Positions 53,017 to 64,000 of a stretch of 64,000 nt of DNA are shown here, piece by piece. A model generated the notes under the pieces. That model was not told where the DNA came from. It searched no databases and was given only the letters and a program-made list of their open reading frames with translations. The position numbers and the translations under genes were made by a program. The stretch lies in contig JBITNC010000001.1 in assembly GCA_050084985.1 (NCBI GenBank), positions 115,072,001-115,136,000 of the forward strand. Reading direction: 5' to 3'. The DNA comes from Nageia nagi (Eukaryota; Plantae; Pinophyta). The stretch's first letter is position 1; the number at the start of each line of letters is the position of its first letter.

Positions 53017-54233
53017 TGATCTTTCATCTTGATGCATCACTTTTATTAGTGGTGTTAAAATTTAAATTATAAAATTAATAAAACAATTTTACAATAAAAC
53101 AAGAATAACATCACAATACTCTCAACACAAGTGAAGATATTTTATATTACAATAAGAACAACATTGCAATGCGAAAAAACACTCACCGTTATAATAATAA
53201 TGGATTTGTTTAGCATGTGAAAAACACCAAATCACTTGGTCTCAACTCAACAACCAATCCCACATGCCCACTATCATGTAGCCACACTAATAAAGAGCCA
53301 ACCCTTGTATGGGTAAGGCACGCCTTCTAAGCATAACACTGGCATTGCAATGCACGACCATGTCATTGGGTGGTAGCTACCATAGTTACTCCGACGCGGC
53401 ATATGTCCCAATAAGACATAGTCCCTATGCACCTATTTGTGCATTGAGCATGGTCATGCTACTAAAGGCTTTTCATCGGGTGAGATCCTCGGATATGGGC
53501 TAACGCCCTAGGTACCCAGCACTCGTCCTGAAAGGCAAACGTAATTGGATGAGTGTCCCCGTAGTAAGGGGAGGAATGAAACACGTGGGGCGATAAGCTG
53601 CCATGAAACTCTGGGTGAGGATAAATCGAGGATAAATCTTACAACATAAGCATGAACTCTACTTCGTTCAAACAAGAGAGCATGAACATATTACAACATA
53701 TCAACACTCTCAAAAAATTCTAATTTTACACTCGTACTCAAGAAAAGTATTTGATTATACAACACTCAAGATTTGGATTTTTTGCTTGCTTTTTAACTTG
53801 CTTTCCATGCCCATAGAATAGCCTTATCTATAAACCAAATTTGGTATCTAAATTATTCCAAGTATCTTAAAGGTTTCTTCAATTTTAAATATCTCATTTC
53901 CATCCATTTTTAAAATAATTATAATATTTCAATTTCTACCTAGGATCATGTGCATATCATCTTTTTCTACAATCCCATTTTTAAAAGTCGACATTATCTA
54001 TCATCATTTATTTTTTCTTATGTAATCTCCTTTTGTCACAATCTTTTATATTGTTTAAGAATATTTTTTCTATATATTACCGCTTGATATTTTTTCCATT
54101 TATCATGACTTACTTTTACATTCATTTTTAACATTTACCATTTTTTATTTGGGGTGCTCTATTTATTTGGTACTTTTCATTATTCACTATTCCATATTTA
54201 CTTTTTATTGTCTTTTATCGGATGGTACAAACA
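53017..54233 (-). mobile_element. Probable solo LTR (~1.2 kb) inside the hAT remnant
   Basis: TG...CA ends with flanks TGCAA/TACAA (4/5 match); TATA-like motif at ~53825. Confidence 0.5.
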
Positions 54234-54808
54234 TACAACCCTTACAATACATTTGTAGTAAGTATTGCACAACAATCATTATTATATCGTTATCACAACA
54301 TTCTTGCTACATCATTGTTTTGTTATAGTGAACTTCTATATCAACATTGTCGCTTTTTGGTTGGCATTGTTAACTTGTGCAACATATTGTTGTCTGAGCA
54401 TTATTATCACTATTAGGTATTATGCATACTAGTTACTTAAAGATAATATATATTTACAAGAAAAATTTAATGACGACAGTATTTTGATTTGTTCTTTTAG
54501 CACACAATGAAAATCTCAAACACAATTGTTTGTTTGTGTACATTTCTCTTATGATTTCATTCTATAATCATCATTCCAAGTCTTGGTTTATTTTCTCTTT
54601 GAATAAACAGTATGCAAATGATCAAATCTTCTTGATTTCTGTGGACAGTAATAAATACATTTGTTAACTACTTTCATGCTTGCTAAAAACTCACATTACC
54701 AAATCTTTGTTTATCAGAACATATTTACGGGTAGTTGTGATTTCTTTGCCATTTGAAGTCCATTTACAGCATGAGAATGACACTCATTGCACTTTTTTGC
54801 TTTTCCAG

Positions 54809-54867
54809 GATGATTTCTTGCCAAGGACGAGTACACCTTTGGAAGATATTTTCAAATCTATTTTTTG
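54809..54867 (+). CDS. Class-3 lipase exon 3
   Basis: TTCCAG|DDFLPRTSTPLEDIFKSIF+TG|GT; 59 nt. Confidence 0.93.
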
Positions 54868-55072
54868 GTATTCAAAGATATTTATTTGTTGGTTATAATA
54901 GGCAGTAATGTTGGATTTTTTTTTTCAATTCTGTCAATGAATAGTTCTAGTAACTGTATAAGTTTATACTCATTATTTACAATTTTCACATATTTATTAG
55001 AGTTACTCGTTAATGGAGTATTATGTACTTCCTTTTTGAATGAATATTAGAAGTATGAATGCCTTTGGACAG

Positions 55073-55201
55073 CTTGCCTTGTTTACTCTGTGTTAGATGC
55101 ATGAGAGATACATGCATACCAGAGGAAAGGATGCTTGCAGATCCTCGAAGACTATATGCTCCAGGACGGCTGTACCATATTGTTGAAAGAAAACTTTGCA
55201 G
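55073..55201 (+). CDS. Class-3 lipase exon 4 (gene continues beyond the window)
   Basis: ACAG|C LPCLLCVRCMRDTCIPEERMLADPRRLYAPGRLYHIVERKLC AG|GT; phase consistent with exon 3. Confidence 0.93.
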
Positions 55202-55724
55202 GTATCTGGCAATCCATTTAACAATTTGAGAACAGTTCAAGTTCTATCAGAAATTACCTACATTCTATGTTCTGTTTGTTTGAATGCTTGATAGATTGTG
55301 CCTGTAAATGCCAAGTAGTCTGGTTTAAATGAACACAAGGGAACGCATAGAACAGTGGAGGAGAAGCAACAATTGGTAAACTCTGTTATCTGCCTCAAAG
55401 TAAGATGAATCCTTACCCACGTATGAGAAAGATGAAAACTTGTGTGGAACTGCAAGTGATTGGACGATTAGACAGAGACTGATAATATGGCTATGTACGA
55501 TAATTGATAATCAACATGTGCACTGTCATTAGTGTGAGGATATGACAAGATAAGATGAGCTCCCTACGACTCAACCAACAATTGAAGAGATCTAACAATC
55601 TTTATGCCATGCGAGTATAGACCCAGATTAATTTAACAATAGTAGCGTCATATATGTTACACATTCCATAATTTTAGAACATATACATGACACAAATAAA
55701 ATGTGCCAGAATCGGCATTATTCC

Positions 55725-56786
55725 TCAGTCTACCCCATAATGGCCGTTTGAGTAGACTTGAAGATGTGCTTGTAGTCCTGCCCAATGGATCATGTGCCAA
55801 TGGCTTTTAAAAGTATTTACAAACAGCTTCTCTGTGCTGCAATACACGATCAATTTGACCCTGCTGGACAAAATATTGGGTGAATAATGATGAATATCAA
55901 TTTTCTTGGTCCTGCTGTGGAACATGGATTTTCCGTCATTTATATGGTGGCATGGTACTCTTATCATGGTAAAACACTCACGTTGGATCATATGGTTTCT
56001 GCAATCCTCAACTATTTTGTGAAGTCATGTTGCCTCACAACTGAATGAAGTGTCTGCAATGCACTATGCGCTTGTTGTAGGAAGTGAACTATGGCATAAT
56101 TTATTAGAACACAAAACACACACTATTGAACTATGGCTCTATGCATACCCTGAGGCAGACCTTTTATCTGCATAACAAGCCGAATGAAGATTTTTAAAGA
56201 GAAACTGTCACTCTAAAGGTTTTTAAAATCCTTGTCGTGGAAATCAAATACACCCCAAAGATGATATAAGGTTGACTAGTGGTTAGATATATCAAACTCT
56301 CAATCAATTGTAAATACGACATTTTATTGATTGACTCGGAAACTTGGGTAACTTAAATGCAAGCTCAATCGGAGTTGCAACTGATTTGTGACACACTGTA
56401 AAATATTTGCAATAACCCTGAAGCATGTTTACCCTCTAAGCAAATATACTACCTTCTGACTGTCAAATCTGAAGACTTAAACTAATGAATCTGCCCAAGA
56501 TCTGTCAATTATCTCATTTCCATATCTGAAGCCATCTCTAGTTTGACCATATCAGAAACCTCTCAAGTTGTTGACTGTATAGATGAGATCATCTGCATAG
56601 AGAACCATGATAAGAAAATCGTGTCCAGAACTCTTGACATAATTATGTTCTGAGAAGCCAGTCTTGTAGGTATATATCAATCCTTAAATGCTAAGTTCAG
56701 AGTGCTTGCGTAGGTCAGTTCAAAGCTCCTACAACCCATATACATGGTCTTCCTTTCCTGCATCTCAAATCCCTCCAGTTGTGCTA
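55725..56786 (-). mobile_element. Ty1/copia RT-RNase H fragment in lipase intron 4
   Basis: MVLYADDLI (~56570-56590); FHSRTKKIDIHHY..VKLIVYCSTE (55725-55991); interrupted at 56787 by a gypsy LTR. Confidence 0.85.
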
Positions 56787-58021
56787 TGTGATGTTTCCAA
56801 ATCGGAACTCTAGGAATAGCTCAAACAATTATTGAATTAATTTTCTAAAATTCCATAAATTCCAAAATTACTAAAAATGCCCAAATCATGCTCAATAAGT
56901 TATTCTTATCACTCCAATATTACTCAAAAATTAGGACGACTGGCCTAGAGTATGAAACTTACTCAAATTATCCAATGAAATGGGACGAAAAATATTAGGG
57001 CATGAAATATTTAAAATAACATCTCATTGAGGCAAATGTCTAGCATTTAGGCATTAGATCTCAACCTTACACAACAAATGATGCCACAAAAATAGATCTT
57101 AAATACCATTTAATGTAATGAGCCAAAATAAATGTGTTACAAGCCTAAGAATAGCTAGATTTGTGCCCTAGGGTGAGATGTATCAACCAGGGAGATTGGT
57201 TCTTACTTTAGGAACTCTCAAATGTGCTCAAATTGGCTCTAGGAATTGGATGTGTGGAGTTTGGCTCTTTCGGATGCAGATCTGGCAGAGACATGTGACT
57301 CAAGATTCCTCCAAGGTGTGATGTTTGGGGTAGGAAGCCCTCCTTAGCAAATGGTGAATCTCGTCAATTCTAGTTAGATCCCAGATGGATCTCAACAACA
57401 ACAGTAGTTGGAGCGAATCCCTGATGGACTCTAGGACTCCTCAGCAGTGATGGCAGCCTTAAGGTAACCCTAGGGAATGTTGGACCCTAGGTAGCAGTTG
57501 AATGACTTTTGAGGAATGCTAGGCCTCAAAGTAGTAGACAACTAAGACTCGAGGAATTCTAGACCTCAAGTACCTCCATTGCGTGCACAAGAGGAATGGA
57601 GACAGCTCACGCCCATAATTAAAATCAATAATCAAACATAACCTTCAAATGAGACTCTAATTGCCTTTCATAAGGGGTTGACCGATCCAACCTAGACATT
57701 TTAATTCCTTATTACGGTTACAAAATTATTAATTACTCCCTAATATGAGGCGCCTACCTAAATGAGATTCCTAGCTAACTTAAAATCACTCCTAGATCCC
57801 TAAAAGAGGCATGTCCAACCTTAAGTGCTCAATTAATGCATTTTTACACGCAAGATGAACACTCATCCTCATTGGGAAGCCATAAAATGGCATAATTACA
57901 TCTAATTACATAAAAAAAACTTCAAAAAACAAAGAATGCCTCCTAGAGGAGGTGCATCATGAGGAAGAATAGCTGAGAGTGAAACACTCATGAAAGGGAC
58001 CTTGAAAAATGAAATATTACA
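56787..58021 (-). repeat. 3' LTR of a Ty3/gypsy element nested in the copia fragment
   Basis: TGTGATG...ATTACA, followed by PPT (minus AGGGAGGGCGG) encoding KLLGEKQFREGG, similar to the end of the 37-48 kb element. Confidence 0.8.
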
Positions 58022-58106
58022 ATACCGCCCTCCCTAAATTGCTTTTCCCCAAGCAATTTAGGACCATCTATGCAACAACCAACGTTGGGTCTTCTTGCTC
58101 CTTCCC

Positions 58107-58333
58107 TTATTCATCTTTATCTTCACACGTGGGCGAGACATCAACGAGCTCCTTGTCTTTTGCGGGTGTGCCATCTTTGACATGGATCATTTCCAATCTC
58201 TTAGCCTTGGCACCTTTACTCAGTTGCTCCTTAATTCCGCGTAAGATGATCTCACGTCCATGAACCTTGAACTTCATCTCCAACATCTTGTAGTTGGAAG
58301 TGATCTCTCCTTGTGAGCATAACCATTGCACTT
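58107..58333 (-). pseudogene. Gypsy aspartic-protease C-terminal remnant (continues at 63970-64000)
   Basis: Removing the 58334-63969 insert restores GGLPHLVLGVQWLCSQGEITSNYKMLEMKFKVHGREIILRG. Confidence 0.85.
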
Positions 58334-58632
58334 TGTTGTGCCTTACACAATTTGCCCCCTAAATTTTGCAATTTCGGGGACCCTCGACAATTTGGAGCCT
58401 TGAATGTCAAGTCAAAACCATTTCCCCTCGTCTCAAGTAAATCCAAAATTAAGCCCATAACCTTGAAATTGAAGTGCAATCGCCTATCCAGCCCTAGCCA
58501 TCTCAAACCATATAGTAAAACCCTCGTAAATTGACTAAGTTTGGTCGAGTGTAGATCAGGTCTAGGTGGTACAGGGAAGTCCAAGTCAAGATTCAAGCCA
58601 AAACGGATGGACCCAGGCTCCTCCCAGGCCTA

Positions 58633-59557
58633 GCGCATGCTCCAGGAAGACAAGATTGTGTCTTTCTAGGATGTGCGCCCAGCTTGGAAGGAAGCCTGGC
58701 TTCGAAATTAAGTCCCAAAACGCAAATTGGGCCACTCCTTGACCTAGCACATGCCATGAAAAGACAAAATCTTGTCTTTCTGGGGCATGCGCCAGGACAA
58801 GAAGGATCCCAGGACGAAATCAAGCTTGGAAAAGGACAAGTTAGTGCATGAGAAGACTAGCGTAGGCCTCAAAAAGACAAAATCTTGTCTTTTGGGAGCA
58901 TGCGCCCAAGCCTGAAGGTTACCTGGGAAGACTTGGAGCCCAGAAAGAAGAAATACACTCACGGCGCATGCCTCGAAAAGACACAACCTAGCCCAGGAAG
59001 CCCCTCAGATGGGACAAAACAAAGAATTTGGCTAAGGTACGGAGTTTTGAAGCCTGGAGCACACTCCAACATGGCCAGAGGGGCTGGTGCATGCCTCCAA
59101 AAGACAAAAACATGACTTTTTGGAGCATGCGCCAAGCCCTGGGAAAGCACCAGGGTGGGGCAAGTATGGGAAAATGACTAAGTCCAGGGATCAGGAGGCC
59201 AAAACAAGGCAAATCTGGCCATTTGCAACCTAGTGCATGCCATAGGAAGACAAGATTGTGACTTTTGGGAGCATGCACCTAGACTGGAGAAGCTGGAGGG
59301 AGTTTCAAAAAGACAAGATCCTGTCTTTTGAAACCATTTGCCAGGTTTGGGAGGGACCCTGGGTCAAGTCAGGAGGAGAAAATGAGCAAGTCGAACCACA
59401 GAGAATTAAGCACCAAGCAAAATCAAGCTCAGGATGGCACTCTAGGGTCAAGTTGGACGAGTAGGAACACTAGGAGGACCAATTTTGGGAATGCAACCAC
59501 CCTAGGGGCTGGCGCATGCCTCAAAAAGACAAAACCTTGTCTTTTGGGAGCATGCGA
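58633..59557. repeat. Array of ~45-bp palindromes separated by variable spacers
   Basis: GCATGCCTCAAAAAGACAA-AATC-TTGTCTTTTGGGAGCATGC variants at ~58633, 58747, 58860, 58963 (half), 59087, 59234, 59305 (core) and 59512. Confidence 0.9.
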
Positions 59558-59715
59558 CAGGCCAAAAGAACCTTTAGAATCCCAACGATTGGTCCCAGAC
59601 AGTAAGGAATAGGGTTTCAAGATGACACACATCATGAGGTCGGCCACTTCAATGGTTGAGATGTGTTTTTCTCCAAAACCTAGCCGACTAGGGTTTTCAA
59701 AATGCCCACATCAGC

Positions 59716-59723
59716 TATAAATA
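59716..59723 (+). promoter_or_regulatory. TATA box upstream of the element B ORF
   Basis: CTATAAATA between the palindrome array and the ATG at 59950. Confidence 0.55.
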
Positions 59724-59949
59724 TCAACTTGGGGACCACATTTTTCCAAATTCAAATCGCGCTCCTCTTCTACACTTGTGTTTGAATTGTAGATTTTTGA
59801 GTTTCAAACCCGTCCATTTGCTTGGGGAGGCTTGCGCAAGAGATATAGGATGATAGGAGGAAGACTTGGGGGTCATAGGCTTGCCTAAAAGAAAAAAAAA
59901 GAAAAGCAACACATCACCTCGGAGGGTCCCTGCCATTTATCAGGGCATC

Positions 59950-62862
59950 ATGACTAGTTCCAAAAGTAATTCGGCCAAGGATTATGCACGAGATTTGGAA
60001 TACATCAAGCAAGAATGCCTCATCACCATATGCGAGCGACAAGACCCCTTGCCCCAGGGGGCTAAATTCTCGAAAAACGAGTTGGCCACTATTGGGGAGA
60101 CAGACTGGCAGAAGGTGGATCCGATGTAGATGAGGGAGAAGATCAAGAACAAACCCATCAGCAAGTTGAAACAAGACATCGTCTTCTTCTTGGGGCTCTC
60201 GACTTGTACATTCGTCCCATACACAGCTCCTTTCCCAGAGTTGTGCTTGGAAGTTGGTCATCATTGGAAGATGGGTGAGAGAGTGCTCTGAGACATCAAG
60301 GGCAATGTCATCATGAACTTCAGCCTCGAAGGCATCAAGAAGGCATTCCAATGGATGAAGGAAGGCAACTTTGAATACATAGAAGAGGAGTCGTTGGCAT
60401 GATATCGGGACACCAATAGGGCAGCCAGAGCAATCAAGAGTTGGATGTTCGAGGAGCACCATGGTTTGAAGGGTAATGAACTTATCAATGCCCCTCGCTC
60501 CCACTTCTACCCCTTTGTTCAATTAATGATCCTCATGTTGTCAAGAGTTCTCGGGAAGGAGGATGCATTCAAGTTTCGAAAGGAGTTCTTCGGCTTCATT
60601 ATGGAGATAGCCCGGGGAAAGAAGATCAAGTGGAGCAAAGTGTTAAGCGATAGTATCATGGACCAATTGTCATCAGTAGGAACCACACACAAGTTCTACC
60701 TCAACTCCTACCTGGTATACCTATTATTGCATGGCAAACTGAGGCCCACGACTTTAGGAGAGGCGGACTTGATCACAAGGGGAATACGCAGTGTGGAAAT
60801 GCTATCCTAAGTGGAAGGTCGCCAATCATTATGACCCTGAACATCGGATTAACGATTTTTACATGAAGGAGAGGAAGAGAGCTTACGAGCATAGACCACT
60901 TAGAGATGAAGAGCCATTTCAGAACATCAGTGCCGAACTGGAAGTGAAGAAGATCTATGCCAAGATGCAAGAAGAGGCTCAAAGGCAACAATAGGGGGTA
61001 GAGGTGTCAATTCATAAGAAGCTATCTCAATCTTGGGGAAATAAACCACATGGGTCTACTTCTAGGGTCAGTCAGTTTCCACCAACGATTGGAGAGCCTG
61101 TTGGATAGTATGCCTCCGTGCATGGGAAGGCCCCAGCTGAGCAGGTAGCATAATAGGTTAGGGAGATGGTTGATGAACATGACATGAGGGAGTTGGAGCG
61201 TGTGGCCATCGATATGGTGGTGAGATGTGTGAGGAACCAAATATCGGATCCGACTTCTCCCTAGAGGCCAGCAAGGATAGTAGCAACGTATCCATCCTCG
61301 ACCATTCCACGATCAGGATTAGAATCCTGAGGACCCCAATATGAAGACTATGACACCCTTCATGGAGAACAAGCAGATAGATAGGAAAATGGTGACCGAC
61401 AAAGCATGCTTGAGGAAGGGGAATATGAAAGTATTCCGCAAGACGAGTCAGAGAAAGGGCTAGGAGATGAACATGAAGCCAGTATCGTTCCAGAAAGAGA
61501 TATACAAGATGCATACGGTTAGGAAGAACCATCAGTGGAGATCTTGAACTACGCCCATAATCACACCACCTCAGAGTCGTTAACCTTCGAGAGTAAGGAT
61601 TAAGACCTTGCTTCGGAGTCAATGCCGAGGATAACCCAATTGAAGAGAGGATCCTAGTCCAGGTTGTTGGTAACACCAGGGGAAATTGCAGGGCAAGGTG
61701 AGAGGCCTTTGAAGAAGATTTGGAATGGCGCAGTTGTTGTTTCAAAAGCAGTTGTTGAGACCCATCAGCCTCCATCCAATCCTGAGTGGGGAGTAGATAT
61801 AGATGAGTGTCTCGATGTTTTCAACATGGATGTGGGGGAAGAATTTAGACCCAGAGGGACAGGAGATCAGGTTGGAGAGAGTTCCACTCGCTTGGGGAAG
61901 AGTTAGACCTATGTACATATGACAGAAAACGCAGTGTGCATCAAGACCATAGTGGCAGACAAGGACAACCCCCAGGGTCCCAGAGACTTGAGGAAAATAA
62001 ATCATATCATCAACACAGGCCCAATTGGTGTGACTGGTAGGAAGCATGCTATTATTTTGAATGTCGAGGCAATAGCCAAGGATGGGTTGTTGAAGGAAAA
62101 AAAGATAAAGAGCTTGAAGAAGGAGTTGGCAGCCCAGAGGAGATTGACACGCGAGTTAGAGTTGGCCAAAGTACCCACAGATGAACTTAAGAAGGTAAGA
62201 CCTCTCAAAGAAGGAATGATTGTTGTGAAACAAGAGGTGATAGAAGAGGCCTTAGCAGTGTTGATACGATTCATCGATATCCTCCACCAAATCTCGTTCG
62301 TAGAGGAGTAGCTGAGGTATATTATCACCAAAAGGGTCAGGCTACTCAAGATCTTAGACTCCCAGAAACCCATGATACTAAGATAGAAGGCGATGCATAC
62401 TCAGAGACCCAAGGACACGAAGTTTTGTGAGGACTACTGGTTCTATTTGGGTGTAAATAGCCAGGTACATACCCGTTTCCAGGAGATGAAACAAAGGGTG
62501 ACTGTAATTAATGATAAGGTCCATGCATGTATGGAACGGATGGACTTTCAGTTACAGTTCTTGGAGGAAGATGCCACCATCTAGGAAGCAGATGGGTAGT
62601 GTCCGAGGTCAGACACTTTCTCCTTAGCCTAATGATGATTGAAGATGTGAACTCCTACCAAATAGGGAGTCACTTGAGGCATATACTGCGGGCCCAAACA
62701 TGGAAGGACAAAATGCAAACAATGGTGAATGAGTCCAAGGAGAGCATGACTGCCAGCAGACCAAAGTTCTCAGAGATGCTGAGTGGGGTGGAGCACATGA
62801 CAGAGTTCTTGGCAGCCGGGTTCGAGGACCGAGTTGCGGGCTTGGGCCCACCATTAGCTTAG
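59950..62862 (+). pseudogene. Decayed ~970-codon ORF of element B, function unknown
   Basis: Consecutive + strand ORF pieces (59866-60129, 60445-60810, 60791-60994, 61664-61906, 61919-62311, 62393-62584, 62527-62862) broken by stops and frameshifts; coiled-coil-like KIKSLKKELAAQRRLTRELE. Confidence 0.75.
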
Positions 62863-64000
62863 TCATTTTTATTTTCAGTTTTCTTATTTTACGCATCTTC
62901 CAGTTGGACATTCTAATATTATTTAATTCCCAAACTCGTGAAGGATGAGGATTTGCTCCCACGAGTTTGGAGGAGATTTTGTAATGCCATGTGGCAATTT
63001 TTCATTTGACCGCCTGTTATTTTGTGAATTAGGGTTAGGGCAACACTGTTGGTTGCTCCTAACATTATTTATACCCCATTCTGACTCATTTGTAGGGGAT
63101 TTGACATTTTGACATCTTAATACAACTTTGCTGTGCCAAATTGCTCTAAAGTGTTGAAAGTGGTGTATGTGGATGTTATTGTGATGATATACTTTTTCAT
63201 GTTGCAATAGTGGATGTGAATGAATGCTAGATAGTGTTATCTGTTTTCTTTCTGCCATCACTTGATGTTAGCTCAGTTTACTTGGTGCATTTCATAAACT
63301 TCATTGGAGTGGATGAGAGGTTGCTTGCATATCTTGAGAAGTAATTGACTGATATCTCGTGGGTGGCATTTCATTATTGGTAGTATTGGTTTGATGATCT
63401 TGGGATGTCTCATTGATGTTATTCGTCGCAGGGACTTCACCCAAGCCCTTTAGCCCCACCTTGGTCCCTTCTTATCTCACCGCCCTAGCTTCACGCTCTG
63501 TTCACCCAGCTATTTGTGTTGTTGGCTAGTGGACTGGATAGTGAGTGCTTGGAACCTGCATTGAACCCAAGTGAGTCGACTTCCAAGAGTCTTTATCAAG
63601 CCCATGAATTAGCGTGTCTACTCTTGCATCCCATTCCCACAGTCTTTCCACCATTTTATCTTTCTTTATTTTCTTCTATTTTCACTTTCTTTTCACGGCT
63701 TTCGCATCCCAATTTCCCTTTTAGTTCTCAAGAAGCGGCCTTGGTGAAGCCCAAACACAGAATAATCCGAGTCCCTTGAATCCACACATGATATTCATGT
63801 TGGTGGTAGCTTTAAACATCTTAACTGTCCCCTGGGTTGTTCTTGCATAACCCATGAAGCCGAACCTTTGGGGTAACCAGTCCCCATAGCGGGAGGGAAT
63901 AACATCCTCCACTTGAGATGTTGGCTCTTTTCCTACTACTCTAGGGTAGGAAAGAAAAACCCCCCAACACACTCCAAGCACTAAGTGTGGTAAACCACCC

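Larger units (their letters stand above)
58334..63969 (+). mobile_element. 5.6-kb solo-LTR-like insertion carrying a long ORF (element B)
   Basis: TGTTG...CAACA termini; TSD CACTT/CACTC; host protease frame rejoins across it; no internal LTR pair, PBS or gag-pol seen. Confidence 0.85.

Noticed and set aside
58633-59557. CRISPR-like look of the palindrome/spacer array
   Set aside because: Eukaryotic retroelement context, degenerate repeats, irregular 60-200-bp spacing and no cas genes.
59914-62962. Minus-strand ORFs of 100-205 aa in element B
   Set aside because: Antisense shadows of the decayed + strand ORF, with no motifs.

Overview
AT-rich, CpG-depleted eukaryotic DNA, almost certainly from a land plant with a large genome. 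The element types and TE-filled introns suggest a gymnosperm (inference). The only intact-looking host gene is a class-3 lipase with a Lipase3 N-terminal domain: four exons on +, 49606-55201, continuing beyond the window. The rest is mostly layered, decayed transposable elements: a CACTA element holding a near-perfect 7x399-bp array; an L1-type LINE fragment; a full-length Ty1/copia (21038-29607, TSD AATGA) splitting an intron-containing multi-B3 pseudogene that lies between inverted palindromic repeats; two RT-less Ty3/gypsy derivatives; tRNA-derived SINEs; a hAT remnant; and solo LTRs. The most unusual observation is two independent 4.9- and 5.6-kb insertions (40157-45081, 58334-63969). Each has TG...CA ends and a 5-bp TSD but no internal LTR pair and no gag/pol. 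Each carries an upstream repeat-motif array and a homologous decayed ORF of about 3 kb, so they look like giant solo LTRs that encode a protein. Coordinates, translations and identities were read by eye.
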